Assembly (NCBI GenBank): GCA_029552745.1
Contig: JAKPDK010000167.1
Span: 73,973 to 137,972, forward strand
Origin: Candidatus Hydrogenedentota bacterium
Lineage (GTDB): Bacteria > Hydrogenedentota > Hydrogenedentia > Hydrogenedentales > SLHB01
DNA: 64,000 nucleotides
Direction: 5' to 3'
Under the pieces are notes generated by a model that saw only the letters and a program-made list of their open reading frames with translations, did not search any database and was not told the origin of the DNA. Shown piece after piece: positions 19,085-28,495 of the stretch. A program made the position numbers and the translations under genes. The stretch's first letter is position 1. Each line of letters opens with the position of its first letter.

Positions 19085-21360
19085 CGGGGAAGCCTGAAAG
19101 CGTACATGCTGTTGCGGCAGCCAGCGGTCAAGAAGGTCGCGACAGTTCACCACTTTTTCTACAAGGTCGATGGGCACGTAAAAATAATGATTCGTCGCTT
19201 CAAACCCGATTCGCGAGTCGCAAATTTGAATAGCGTACAAACGTTTCGCCACGTCAATTTCGTCGCGAAGAATGCGCTCAAGTTCTGTGAGGAGCGGCGC
19301 GGCGACTTCTGGAGTTTGCGCTTGATCTAAGGCACGCCGCGCGGCGACAAACCGCGCCTGGTTCGCAGCACTTCGAAAATGGAGCGCCGCGGCTTCCGCA
19401 ATGCGACATTCGCTCTCAATTGCTTCCCGATGGGCAGACCGCCGAACGTCAACGCTACCCATCCGAGTACGCAATTCCGTCAGGGCGTTCTCAAATCCCT
19501 GTGCCACCTTCTCCAGTTGGTTCGCAAACACGTCCGCTGGATATATCACACGCCAGGAATCAAGGTCATCATACGGAAACCCACACATCGTGGCTCGGTA
19601 TCCGGTGGGGCTTTCCCACAGGGGGTTTGCTGGCCCCGTTTGGAGAGGCGCCGTATAGACCACGCCGATATGGAAGGGGAACTCGGAGAACGCCGTGCTG
19701 AATTGCTGCCATGCTTCGACTACCGCCGGCGAAATCTTCTTTCCAAATCTTCGGCTAGCCACCCGATTCATCGCATCGAGTGCGGTTATCGATTCGTCCT
19801 TGCCGATTTCTGCAACCACTTCCAAATTCGGCGAAGGATACCCACCCAACGTCCAGCCCAGCATGAGCCCATCCACCTGACTGTGCCGTAGGTTCTCAGC
19901 ATGTCGGGCAACGTTCCACACCGCCGGGATATAAGGCACAGCGGAAAGCTCCCAGGTGTTTCCGGCCTGGATTTTCGCAAAAGTCTTTAAGCCTCGTGAA
20001 CGCGCTAGGCCCCAATGACGCTGAGCGCGCGGGCCAGGACCTATGGCGGAGATGGAATATTCGCCAACGGTACTCTCGATTCCCCCACGCGAAATCGGCA
20101 AACTCCATTCACTCACCGACATAAAACCAAGGCCTTCCGGCAACGCGCCAATGGCTTCTGCCGCCCAGTCATCCTGCCAGCCCCAGTCCCAAGCGATAAG
20201 CTCCGTCGCGGCACCCGACTTTTCAATTCCCCGCTTGATCAGGGCATTGACTTCGGCAATGACTTCCCAAGCAGGGCGTTTCCCGCATCGGGGACACTCC
20301 ATGCCGCGTTGGTGTGACCAACAGTTCGTCAAGTTCTCTGACGCGGTGATGGTGAACAGTCCCGCAAGGTCTGGCACCGCCGAACAAATAGTCGAAACGG
20401 AATCCGTAATATATTGCTGTATTTCAGGCACACTGGTGCACAGTGCCGCGAAACCGTCTTCCCGTACCCCCATAAACTGTGGATACTTCTCAAAAAACGA
20501 CACCGGTAAAGATCGCGGTTCGTTCAAATACAGGTATACGCCAATCCCATGACGTTTGGCTCGTGCCACTAATTCCCGCAACCGAGCAAGGCGCTTTTCG
20601 TAACCTTCACTTAAGCGCGAGTCCCACGGGAAAGGCGCGAGCTTTGCCAGTAACCCCTGAAGCCATACCCCGTTTACCCCCGAAGCAGCAAGCCGTTCCA
20701 ACAACCCATCAGGATACGGATCAATATTTTCGGCGTAGAGCGGATCGCCATACAAAGCAAAGTAAGAGTAACAATAGCGGCGTGTGAATCGGTTTTTATG
20801 CATCCTCGGAGTTTTCCCAGAAGGAAGCGGCTCAGAAAGTTTCTGAACAAACGCAAAAAGCGGCTCCCCAAGTTCTCCCACACCGTCGGGAAATTCCTCG
20901 CGAACAACTGCAGCCGTGTGGCGTTCCTTGTCTAGCACAGCCTCATCCGGTGCGACGTAAAGCAAAGGCGCGCAGTCGGGTTTGGCACCAAGTTTTACGG
21001 ACAGAAAATCATCCTCCCTCAAGGTAAACGCCAGTTGTTCTTCGCTCCATCCCAGGAGTTGCATGAGTTGGTCATAGGGAAGCAAGTGCCAGTTCCGCCG
21101 GATGACGGTGATATAGGATCGGCGCTGCTGCTCTTCGGTAATTTCCGGGGGACCACTGAGCCCCATGCTTCTGCCCAAACCCACCACATTTTCCGGCGTT
21201 GTCCCCAACACGAGAGCCATTTTCTCCGCTGGAACAAGCTGCCAATTCTTCCAAACAAAGGCATGAACGCGGTCTGGAAAATGCGGCAGACGTACCGGCG
21301 GTGAGGCAACGGGTTCCGGCAAGGCGTGCGCCCCGAAAAGCATTTCGAAAACAAGAATCA
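19076..21360 (-). CDS. secreted hypothetical protein, glycoside-hydrolase-like (family not identifiable)
   Basis: Start chosen at MLILVFEMLFGAHA (signal peptide) with GGAGG SD 7 nt upstream; long ORF; GxxGVWLQG..YLYLNEP-like TIM-barrel GH signature regions; function uncertain. Confidence 0.5.
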
Positions 21361-21550
21361 ACATCTCTAAACCTCCCAAATGACATATTAGAGTAGCAAC
21401 AATTAAAACACAGAACACACAAAATAACAAGAATAGGTTGAAGTCTGCCGCGGCTCGAGGAGAAATACGCAAAAACCCTGGAAAAACCGCGTAAAAACAG
21501 GTTTCCAGAAGAGTGGGAAAAGAATCGAAAAAAGAAATTGAAAAGAAAAG

Positions 21551-21585
21551 TTGACAAATAACTTGAAATGCGCTATATATTGTAG
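21551..21585 (+). promoter_or_regulatory. consensus sigma70 promoter TTGACA-17-TATATA
   Basis: TTGACA 21551-21556, 17-nt spacer, TATATA 21574-21579, in AT-rich island; followed by perfect palindrome GCTACAAAATGTAGC at 21601-21615. Confidence 0.5.
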
Positions 21586-21659
21586 AAGAAGATTGGCAAT
21601 GCTACAAAATGTAGCAAAGCCGAGGGAGAAACAGGGAAAAGGAAAAAAGGAGAAAGACC

Positions 21660-21758
21660 ATGATCGCAAAGAAAAAGGCCGCTGCAAAAAAAGCCCCGGC
21701 TAAAAAGAAAGCCGCCGCTAAGAAACCCGCAGCAAAGAAGAAGGCCGCAAAGAAATAA
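21660..21758 (+). CDS. 32-aa Lys/Ala-rich basic peptide MIAKKKAAAKKAPAKKKAAAKKPAAKKKAAKK (histone H1/Hc1-like tail)
   Basis: AAGGAG SD 6 nt before ATG; consensus promoter 75 nt upstream; below ORF-track cutoff. Confidence 0.5.
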   Translation: MIAKKKAAAKKAPAKKKAAAKKPAAKKKAAKK

Positions 21759-21989
21759 GGTCGGCTTATGTTTTTGACTCGATCGGGACCGCCCGCCGAA
21801 GCCGATCGGAAATCCCGAGCGTTTCGGGGGTTCATCATGGAACAATCGCCTAGGTTAGCGATGGGGAGTGTGAGGTTCATTGGGGGGACAAACAATTCGC
21901 AAAATCACCCCCAAACCAGGCCATGACGAGCGGCCGAATCGCTTGGAAACCATGGTCTAGACCTTACCCGCAGGGGTCCTGAGAAGTAT

Positions 21990-22048
21990 CAAAAACGGCT
22001 GGAAGAGGGCAGGGACAAACTGGCAGACGTCTCTGCCCTCCCTTATTT
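21990..22048. terminator. GC hairpin (GAGGGCAGGG..CTCTGCCCTCC) followed by TTATTTTT; possible bidirectional terminator between small peptide gene and rlpA-like gene
   Basis: Inverted repeat plus T-tract read directly. Confidence 0.3.
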
Positions 22049-22450
22049 TTAAGACTTTGCAGGGGAACGTTCCGGAACGTCCGGTGTGCGCTGCGCCATC
22101 AAGGTCGTCGTGTCCGGAGTTTTAATGCGGTACACTTTGACCCGAAGTGTCCCCGACGTAGCATGCAGCCGTCGCATGGCCGCCTCCGTCAGGTCTATCA
22201 CACGCCCCTTTACATGGGGTCCGCGGTCATTAACCCGACACACCACGGAGTTCCCATTCTCGGCGACCACCAAGCAATAACTGCCCAGCGGCAAGCCTTT
22301 CATGGCACACGTGAAAGCATCGTTCCGAAGAGGTTCGCCCGACGCCGTGATTTTCCCACTGCTTTCCACCGTGTAATACGAGGCTATCCCCTCTGCCGCT
22401 AGCTCGAGGGGTTGATGCCATGCCAGCATCAATACGAGCAACTGGAACAT
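22049..22450 (-). CDS. RlpA-like double-psi beta-barrel protein (septal ring lytic transglycosylase RlpA family)
   Basis: Signal peptide, ASYY...G.TASGE motif, DPBB-type C-terminal region. Confidence 0.7.
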   Translation of the reverse strand: MFQLLVLMLAWHQPLELAAEGIASYYTVESSGKITASGEPLRNDAFTCAMKGLPLGSYCLVVAENGNSVVCRVNDRGPHVKGRVIDLTEAAMRRLHATSGTLRVKVYRIKTPDTTTLMAQRTPDVPERSPAKS

Positions 22451-22739
22451 AGAGGACCCTTTCTTTTTTTACCCAAAGTTACACCATGCGTCGTCCGCAG
22501 CTCGACGCGTAAGCGGCCATTCTATGAAAAAATTGAATCCTATGTCAAGCATTAGTTCGTACCAAATTAACGGTCAGGTACGGACGGTGCCTTCCCCAGC
22601 CCTGCCCGACACCCGTGTATTGGCCACCTCCGTGCATCCAGATGATCCACAGGGCTACATACCAATCCGCAGCATCTGCACAACACAAACCCCTTCAAAA
22701 CCATTCCCACGCCCGTTGCACTTTCCATAATGTCGAGAA

Positions 22740-23160
22740 ATCGCGTAGGGGCGAGGCATGCCTCGCCCTGCGTCGATGTTGGGGAAGGGTCTCTCCCGCC
22801 TATTAGGTTTTTAGGTGGTGTCATTGCGAGGAGTGCCGCTAGGCACGACGTGGCAATCCCCTCGGGAATTCGGGCATGACCTTGCCCGACGTCCTCTTGC
22901 CCTACGTCTTTAGGTTGTCATTGCGAGGAGTGCCGCAGGCACGACGTGGCAATCCCCTCGGGAAATGGATATGACCCGCGACCCTGCTCGTTGTCCTCTT
23001 GCGCTACGTCCCCATGTTGTCATTGCGAGGAGTGCCGTTAGGCACGACGTGGCAATCCCCTCGGGAATGTGGGGATGACCTTACCCGACGTCCTCTTGCG
23101 CTGCGCGGTCGAGGGGATTGCTTCGTCGCTTCGAAGACTGCGCTCCTCGCAATGACAACA
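22740..23160. repeat. tandem array: hairpin element + three direct ~100-bp units (48-bp module + conserved linker) + one inverted module
   Basis: Periodicity ~97-102 bp read directly; linkers share CCTCTTGCGCTACG. Confidence 0.75.
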
Positions 23161-23338
23161 AGGGGCATATGATAAAAAGACTGCCCTTTCCATTTCATGC
23201 TTCGAATTAAAAGGACAGAATACGAAAATTTTTCCCTCTTGTCTCCCTCTTTTTTACCCGTTCTGTTCGTTTTTACCTTTCCTTTTAACTTGCCAAAATA
23301 CGATATACGAATAATTCATGTTTTCCTATAATAGATAC

Positions 23339-23374
23339 TGTAAAGAAAATTTACAATTGTAAAATTTCTTTACA
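23339..23374. promoter_or_regulatory. 36-bp near-perfect palindrome TGTAAAGAAAATTTACAATTGTAAAATTTCTTTACA (candidate enhancer/UAS), with a half-site repeated at 23428-23447
   Basis: Palindrome read directly, ~150-180 bp upstream of sigma54 -24/-12 element. Confidence 0.4.
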
Positions 23375-23519
23375 CTCGGCTTAACCTACTGCCGCCTATT
23401 ATCTTACGACATAAAACTCTAAATACTATGTAAATTTTCTTTACACTTTTTGATCTATTGACAATATCATTATTTTCGCTAACTCATTCTTTGACAATAT
23501 GTTAGCAAAAACCCCGTTT

Positions 23520-23534
23520 TGGCACGATACTTGC
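23520..23534 (+). promoter_or_regulatory. sigma54 (RpoN) promoter TGGCACGATACTTGC
   Basis: Exact match to TGGCACG-N4-TTGC with GG/GC spacing of the -24/-12 consensus; 77 nt upstream of cheW ATG. Confidence 0.55.
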
Positions 23535-23610
23535 CCTTATATAGGTGGCTCCTAAATCAACGACGAACACGCTTCCTTGGGTAAGGAGAACTAGAAAGGA
23601 GGAACCCAGT

Positions 23611-24159
23611 ATGAACCAACCTAACACCTTGTCAGAAAAGACCTTACAAACCGATGTCCCCACCGGACCCCCTACCGGTGCCCTCGCCGAAGCCGGTAAA
23701 TACTTGACATTCCGACTCGGCGAAGAGACCTTCGGATTGCCCATCCTTAAGGTCCAGGAGATCATCGGCATGATGCCCGTCACCGCGGTACCCCGCGTGC
23801 CCTCGTACGTACGCGGCGTCATCAACCTCCGCGGCAAGGTCATCCCCGTCATTGACCTGCGGCTCAAGTTCGGGCTAGAAGGCAAAGAGGACACCACCCG
23901 CACCTGCATCATCGTCCTCCAGGTCGCCGCCGGCCGCGGCAACGTCGTCATGGGCACCATCGTTGACGAGGTATCCGAGGTGGTCAATGTCGCCCAAAAC
24001 CAGATCGAGCCCGCCCCATCGTTTGGGGCGTCCCTCGACACCGAGTTCATCCTCGGCATGGGGAAGATCGGCGACAAGGTCGTCATGCTCCTCGATGTCG
24101 ACCGCGTCCTCTCCGCCGGCGAAATCGCTACTTTAAACCGTCTGGAAACCAGTGTATAA
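23611..24159 (+). CDS. cheW: chemotaxis coupling protein CheW
   Basis: AGGAGG SD; CheW-domain motifs LTFRLGEETFGLPILKVQEI, VINLRGKVIPVIDLR. Confidence 0.85.
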   Translation: MNQPNTLSEKTLQTDVPTGPPTGALAEAGKYLTFRLGEETFGLPILKVQEIIGMMPVTAVPRVPSYVRGVINLRGKVIPVIDLRLKFGLEGKEDTTRTCIIVLQVAAGRGNVVMGTIVDEVSEVVNVAQNQIEPAPSFGASLDTEFILGMGKIGDKVVMLLDVDRVLSAGEIATLNRLETSV

Positions 24160-24205
24160 AAGGCGTGGAAACCATTTCACCAATCGAAAAGGAGGATTCC
24201 AAACA

Positions 24206-26232
24206 ATGTTTACCAACATGGGATTGCGGGCGAAGTTAATGGGTGGGTTTATTATTGTGGCGGTGTTCACCTGCGCCGTGGGCATCATCGGCTACTGGGG
24301 GGTCTCCCGACTCGCCGGAGACATCCGCGAGATCGGAGAAGTCCAATTGCCCAGTGTCCACAGTCTGAAAGAGATTAAGACGCAAGTTATCTCAATCTCT
24401 AAAGAGCTGGCGGCGTTGACGAACCCGCGGGCAACGGTGCAAGACCGGAAACAGTCACTTGATAACATCGGTAAGGCGAGAGAAAAGTACCAGGCGGCAT
24501 GGAAGGTATATGAACCGCTTCCTCGAGAAACTGAAGAAGATCAAGTTTGGCAACAATTTAAGCCTGCTGTGGATGCTTGGGAAGAAACAAACAATCAATT
24601 CATGAATCTTGCGAATGAGCTGAACGCGCTGGGCATTGAGAATCCGGTTGCCATTGAACGGGACATACAGAAGTTTCGCGGAGACCACCATGTGTTGATG
24701 GGCAAGGTTCAAGACCTGCTCCTTGCCGGAACGACATTTGAGGGTGGGGAAGACCCGACTCAGTGCAATTTCGGCAAATGGTTGGCGCAATTCAGAACAG
24801 ACAACCCCGAAATCCAACGGGCGCTCAGTGAGATCCGGGAGTTCCATCAGTACTTTCACCACACAGTCCCGGTTATTCGAGAAGCGGTCGCACGCAATGA
24901 CAAAGACGCCGCGAGGAAACAATTCGAGGAGGTGATGCGTACTGCGGCGACGCACACCTTCGAACAATTTGAGCCAAGATCAATGCCGAGCTCGAAAAGG
25001 CTGTCGGTACTTATGACAAGATGTACGATCAATTCAAGAATGCTGTCGAACCCAAACAACAAGCGGCGTTGGAATTGCTAGACAAACTACTCGCTATCGA
25101 CGTCAAAGGGTCGGAGGAGGCGCGGAACCAGGCTCAAAGCGAGGCACGTCTTGCCAAAGTGTTATCGGTTGGGGGACTGGTTATAGGCACATTGCTTGCC
25201 CTTCTCTTCGGCATCTTGTTGAGCTCTTCCATCAGCAAAGCGCTCAACAAAGTCATTGCGGGGTTGAGCCAAGGGGCGGAGCAGGTGAATGCGGCGGCAT
25301 CCCAAGTGGCGCAATCCAGCCAGGCGATGGCTGCCGGCGCCAGCGAACAAGCCTCGTCGTTGGAAGAGACCTCTGCCTCGTTGGAGGAAATGGCTTCCAT
25401 GACCCGCCAGAACGCCGATAACACCAACCAGATCAACTCGTTAATGCAGGAAGCGAAACAATTCGTCGTCGAGGGCATGCAACGGATGGAAGAGATGAAT
25501 GCTGCCATCGCCGAGATACGACGGTCTGCGGATGACACGGCGCGAATTGTGAAGACCATCGACGAGGTGGCGTTCCAGACCAACCTGCTTGCCTTGAACG
25601 CGGCAGTCGAAGCCGCCCGTGCTGGGGATGCCGGAAAAGGCTTTGCCGTGGTTGCCGAGGAGGTGCGCAACCTCGCACAACGCAGCGCCGAAGCCGCCAA
25701 AAACACCGCTCAACTTATCGAAAACGCCCAAAAGAATGCCGAGAACGGCGTGCAAGTCACTGCGGACCTAGCCGCGGCGCTCAAACGCATCGAGGAAAGC
25801 TCTTCGAAAGTTGCCTCGTTGGTCGGAGAGGTGAACGCGGCAACCAACGAGCAGGCGCAAGGCATCGACCAGATCAACACCGCCGTTGCCCAGATGGACA
25901 AGGTCACTCAAGCTGCTGCGGCAAATTCCGAAGAAGCCGCGTCGGCAAGCGAGGAGTTGTCCGCCCAGGCGCGCGAATTGAACGATATGGTCGCCGTGCT
26001 CTCGCAAATCGTCGGCGGCAAAGCGGCGGCAAGCGGCACCAATGCAGGGACGCGTTCCCGCACCCCTGTCCGGACCGCCTCGCACGGTACGGGACATGGC
26101 GCGGCGGCGTTACCCCATGCGGCAACCGCCGGTACCAAGGCGCTTGCCACTAAGTCCGCGGCTGCCCCGCGCAAGGTAGTTGACCCCGAGCAGGTTATCC
26201 CTTTGGAAGACGATGACCTGAAACAGTTTTAG
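24206..26232 (+). CDS. methyl-accepting chemotaxis protein with periplasmic 4HB + CZB (zinc-binding, CxFGKW...H) sensor; reading frame broken near 24970-24976 (frameshift; pseudogene or sequencing error)
   Basis: Two ORFs 24152-25081 and 25021-26232 together form TM1-sensor-TM2-HAMP-MCP signalling domain; inserting 1 nt in GAGCCAAG (->GAGGCCAAG) restores continuity [14 protein letters not shown]. Confidence 0.7.
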
Positions 26233-26339
26233 GCTCGCCCACGCCCAAGGAGGCACTGTTCCTCCTTTCGACCCGCGGCTGGGGACGGTCCTCCCCCGAT
26301 CCCCCAATACCGTCCCCAGCCCAATCCCATCTAGGTGCC

Positions 26340-26680
26340 CGCCGTCATTGCGAGGAGTGCTAAAGGGGGCGACGCCCTCGTGCGTTGTGCCTTCACGTTG
26401 TCATTGCGAGGAGTGCCGCAGGCACGACGTGGCAAACCCCTCGGGTAATTGGGGAGAGCAGTGCCTTTGCCGTAGGCCATCTTGCGCTACGCGGTTGAGG
26501 GGATTGCTTCGTCGCGTCGGGGACGCCGCTCCTCGCAATGACAACCCGGGGGATACGGGGGTAGAGGAGAAGAAGGGCGAGCACGGGGGCTCGCCCCTAC
26601 AGACGGGCGGGGAATTTGCGGAAGAAGTAGTTTTGGGCAAGCACGGGGCAGGGCGAGCACGAGGCTCGCCCCTACCGGAG
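26340..26680. repeat. dispersed repeat block: 48-bp modules (two forward, one inverted) plus two GGGCGAGC..GCTCGCCCCTAC hairpins
   Basis: Direct comparison. Confidence 0.75.
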
Positions 26681-26754
26681 AGACGGGGGACACCTGCGCC
26701 ACTCTTCCAATTGACAAAAGGGGGCACTGCGCCAAAATCGGGGCAGCGAGCCCG

Positions 26755-27606
26755 CTATTTTCCTCGGGCTGCGAGGGCGGCTTCGAGAAGGTCGACGTCT
26801 TCTTGAATCATATGGGGGTTGTCTTTGGTGAAGATACCAACACACACGGCATCGCCCGGACGGTACGCCTCGGCAACGTATTCAAAGGCTTCGTGAGGTC
26901 TATTTCTTCCAGCGGCAAGGACTTTGTAATGGATCGCCGGTGCGGGAAGCTGCTGGATAAGGGCGCACATAGCGTCGCGATCTTCGGGACCATAGCACTC
27001 GGGAATGTTATAGTCCCGGTCGGGACGTTTGGTCCGGTCACTGGGGTTGTAGTAGCTTGCCATGAAAAAATCGAGTTCCAGATTGTCCGCAGCCCATTTC
27101 AAGGTATCGGGGCGGTGCCCCGCCACGCCAGCTGCCATACCGGCGTCTTTGATCGCGCGGATAGCGCCGAAGATTTCGCGAGTTTCCCGCCGAGCTACGC
27201 GGTGGTCCATTTCTCCGCCATGGATGAAGCAGGCACGGGCCTTACCCCGGATGGCGTTGTTGACGCCGTGCATCAGGGTGCCGACGCCAGGACATTGTTG
27301 TGCAATCCAAAGGAGGTTACCGCCTTCGTTCCAATGCTCTCGCAGGGCACGAATGATAAAATTGTCAGCGCGGCCTACGTGTGCCGTGACGCCCGCCTGT
27401 TCCGCTAGCCGATAACACTCTTTGACCCGTTCCATCGTGTACCAATCCAACATTTCGGCGTCCCGCTGTATGGTGTGATGCGAATAGCCGCCAAACGGAT
27501 TGGCGCCCAATATGAACCGGCTGACAACGACTTGCCCCAACCGCACCAGTTTCGGCCGATAGTGGTGTGCCGACGGCGCTTTGACGGTGCCGGCTTGTTG
27601 CGTCAT
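26755..27606 (-). CDS. hypothetical protein (283 aa), last gene of LarA-family operon
   Basis: Start MTQQAGT overlaps upstream stop (TAATG); no recognisable motif. Confidence 0.55.
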   Translation of the reverse strand: MTQQAGTVKAPSAHHYRPKLVRLGQVVVSRFILGANPFGGYSHHTIQRDAEMLDWYTMERVKECYRLAEQAGVTAHVGRADNFIIRALREHWNEGGNLLWIAQQCPGVGTLMHGVNNAIRGKARACFIHGGEMDHRVARRETREIFGAIRAIKDAGMAAGVAGHRPDTLKWAADNLELDFFMASYYNPSDRTKRPDRDYNIPECYGPEDRDAMCALIQQLPAPAIHYKVLAAGRNRPHEAFEYVAEAYRPGDAVCVGIFTKDNPHMIQEDVDLLEAALAARGK

Positions 27607-28391
27607 TATTTTTCCACTCCGGGGAACTGTTTCAGGAATCGGATAGCCTCGGCAATGTCCGCCACCGGGTCTGCCCCGCACTCCCGTTCGATGGTCAGAT
27701 AGCCGTCGTATCCAATCTCACGAAGGGTTTCCAGATATTTGGGGAAATTCACATCGCCTTTACCCAAGGGGACTTCTTTATAACCGCCTTGTCGAGCGGA
27801 ACAGTAAATTCCGTCTTTGGCATGTGTATGCACGATGTAGGGCGCCAGATCACGCACGGCAGCAAGATGGTCATAGCCGTTCATGCACAGATTGGCAGGA
27901 TCGAAATTGACTCGTGCCCCGTCGCTGCCCACTTCGCGTAAGAACTTGGCAAGTCCCTCGCCAGATTCCAACCCCGTCTCGGTTGCAAAGCAACAATCTC
28001 GGTTTGCGGCATACTCTGCGAGTTCTTTTATCCCGTCGAGCATCGCCTCATAGGCGGCCTTTTCTTCCGGCAGCACCCCGATGTGGGTTGTCAGCACGGG
28101 GGTTTTGAGATCGACACACAAATCGAACATCTCTTTCGTACGAGCGACCCGTTCGTCCAGCTTGGCTGGATCGGCAAACCCGCCAATGTCGCCGCACAAA
28201 GCAGACCGTTCGAGCCCTAGGGACGCCATGTACGTGATCAATTCTTCTCTACCGCTTTTTGTAAGATTGCGTGGATCCAAATCATTGTTAACGATCCACA
28301 ACTGGACGCCGTGCGCGCCCAATTCTTTGGCTTTGCGCAATGCCGCACGCGTGTCCATCGGCAACGATGCTGTAATAATACCTACCTTCAT
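27606..28391 (-). CDS. sugar phosphate isomerase/epimerase, xylose-isomerase-like TIM barrel
   Basis: MKVGII start with GGTGAGGAA SD; GAHGVQLW, HTH..DG, TIM-barrel metal-site pattern of AP-endonuclease 2/xylose isomerase-like family. Confidence 0.8.
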   Translation of the reverse strand: MKVGIITASLPMDTRAALRKAKELGAHGVQLWIVNNDLDPRNLTKSGREELITYMASLGLERSALCGDIGGFADPAKLDERVARTKEMFDLCVDLKTPVLTTHIGVLPEEKAAYEAMLDGIKELAEYAANRDCCFATETGLESGEGLAKFLREVGSDGARVNFDPANLCMNGYDHLAAVRDLAPYIVHTHAKDGIYCSARQGGYKEVPLGKGDVNFPKYLETLREIGYDGYLTIERECGADPVADIAEAIRFLKQFPGVEK

Positions 28392-28495
28392 TTCCTCACC
28401 CTTTCTAATCGCTTGGAGGCGGACGCCTCGAACACCCACCTATCGTAAAGCCGGATCATGCCACCAGGCCAGATCCGTATGCAAAAACCTGTCGG

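Noticed and set aside
22810-23160. Possible CRISPR array (regularly spaced ~48-bp repeats)
   Set aside because: The 'spacers' are similar to one another; the same module occurs singly and inverted at many other loci; the repeat length and period (~100 bp) are atypical; no cas genes or leader were seen. It fits a MITE/REP-like dispersed repeat instead.
25021-26232. MCP signalling-domain ORF as an independent gene
   Set aside because: It lacks its own N-terminal TM/sensor region and begins with the continuation of the upstream sensor sequence, so it is treated as one frameshifted chemoreceptor.
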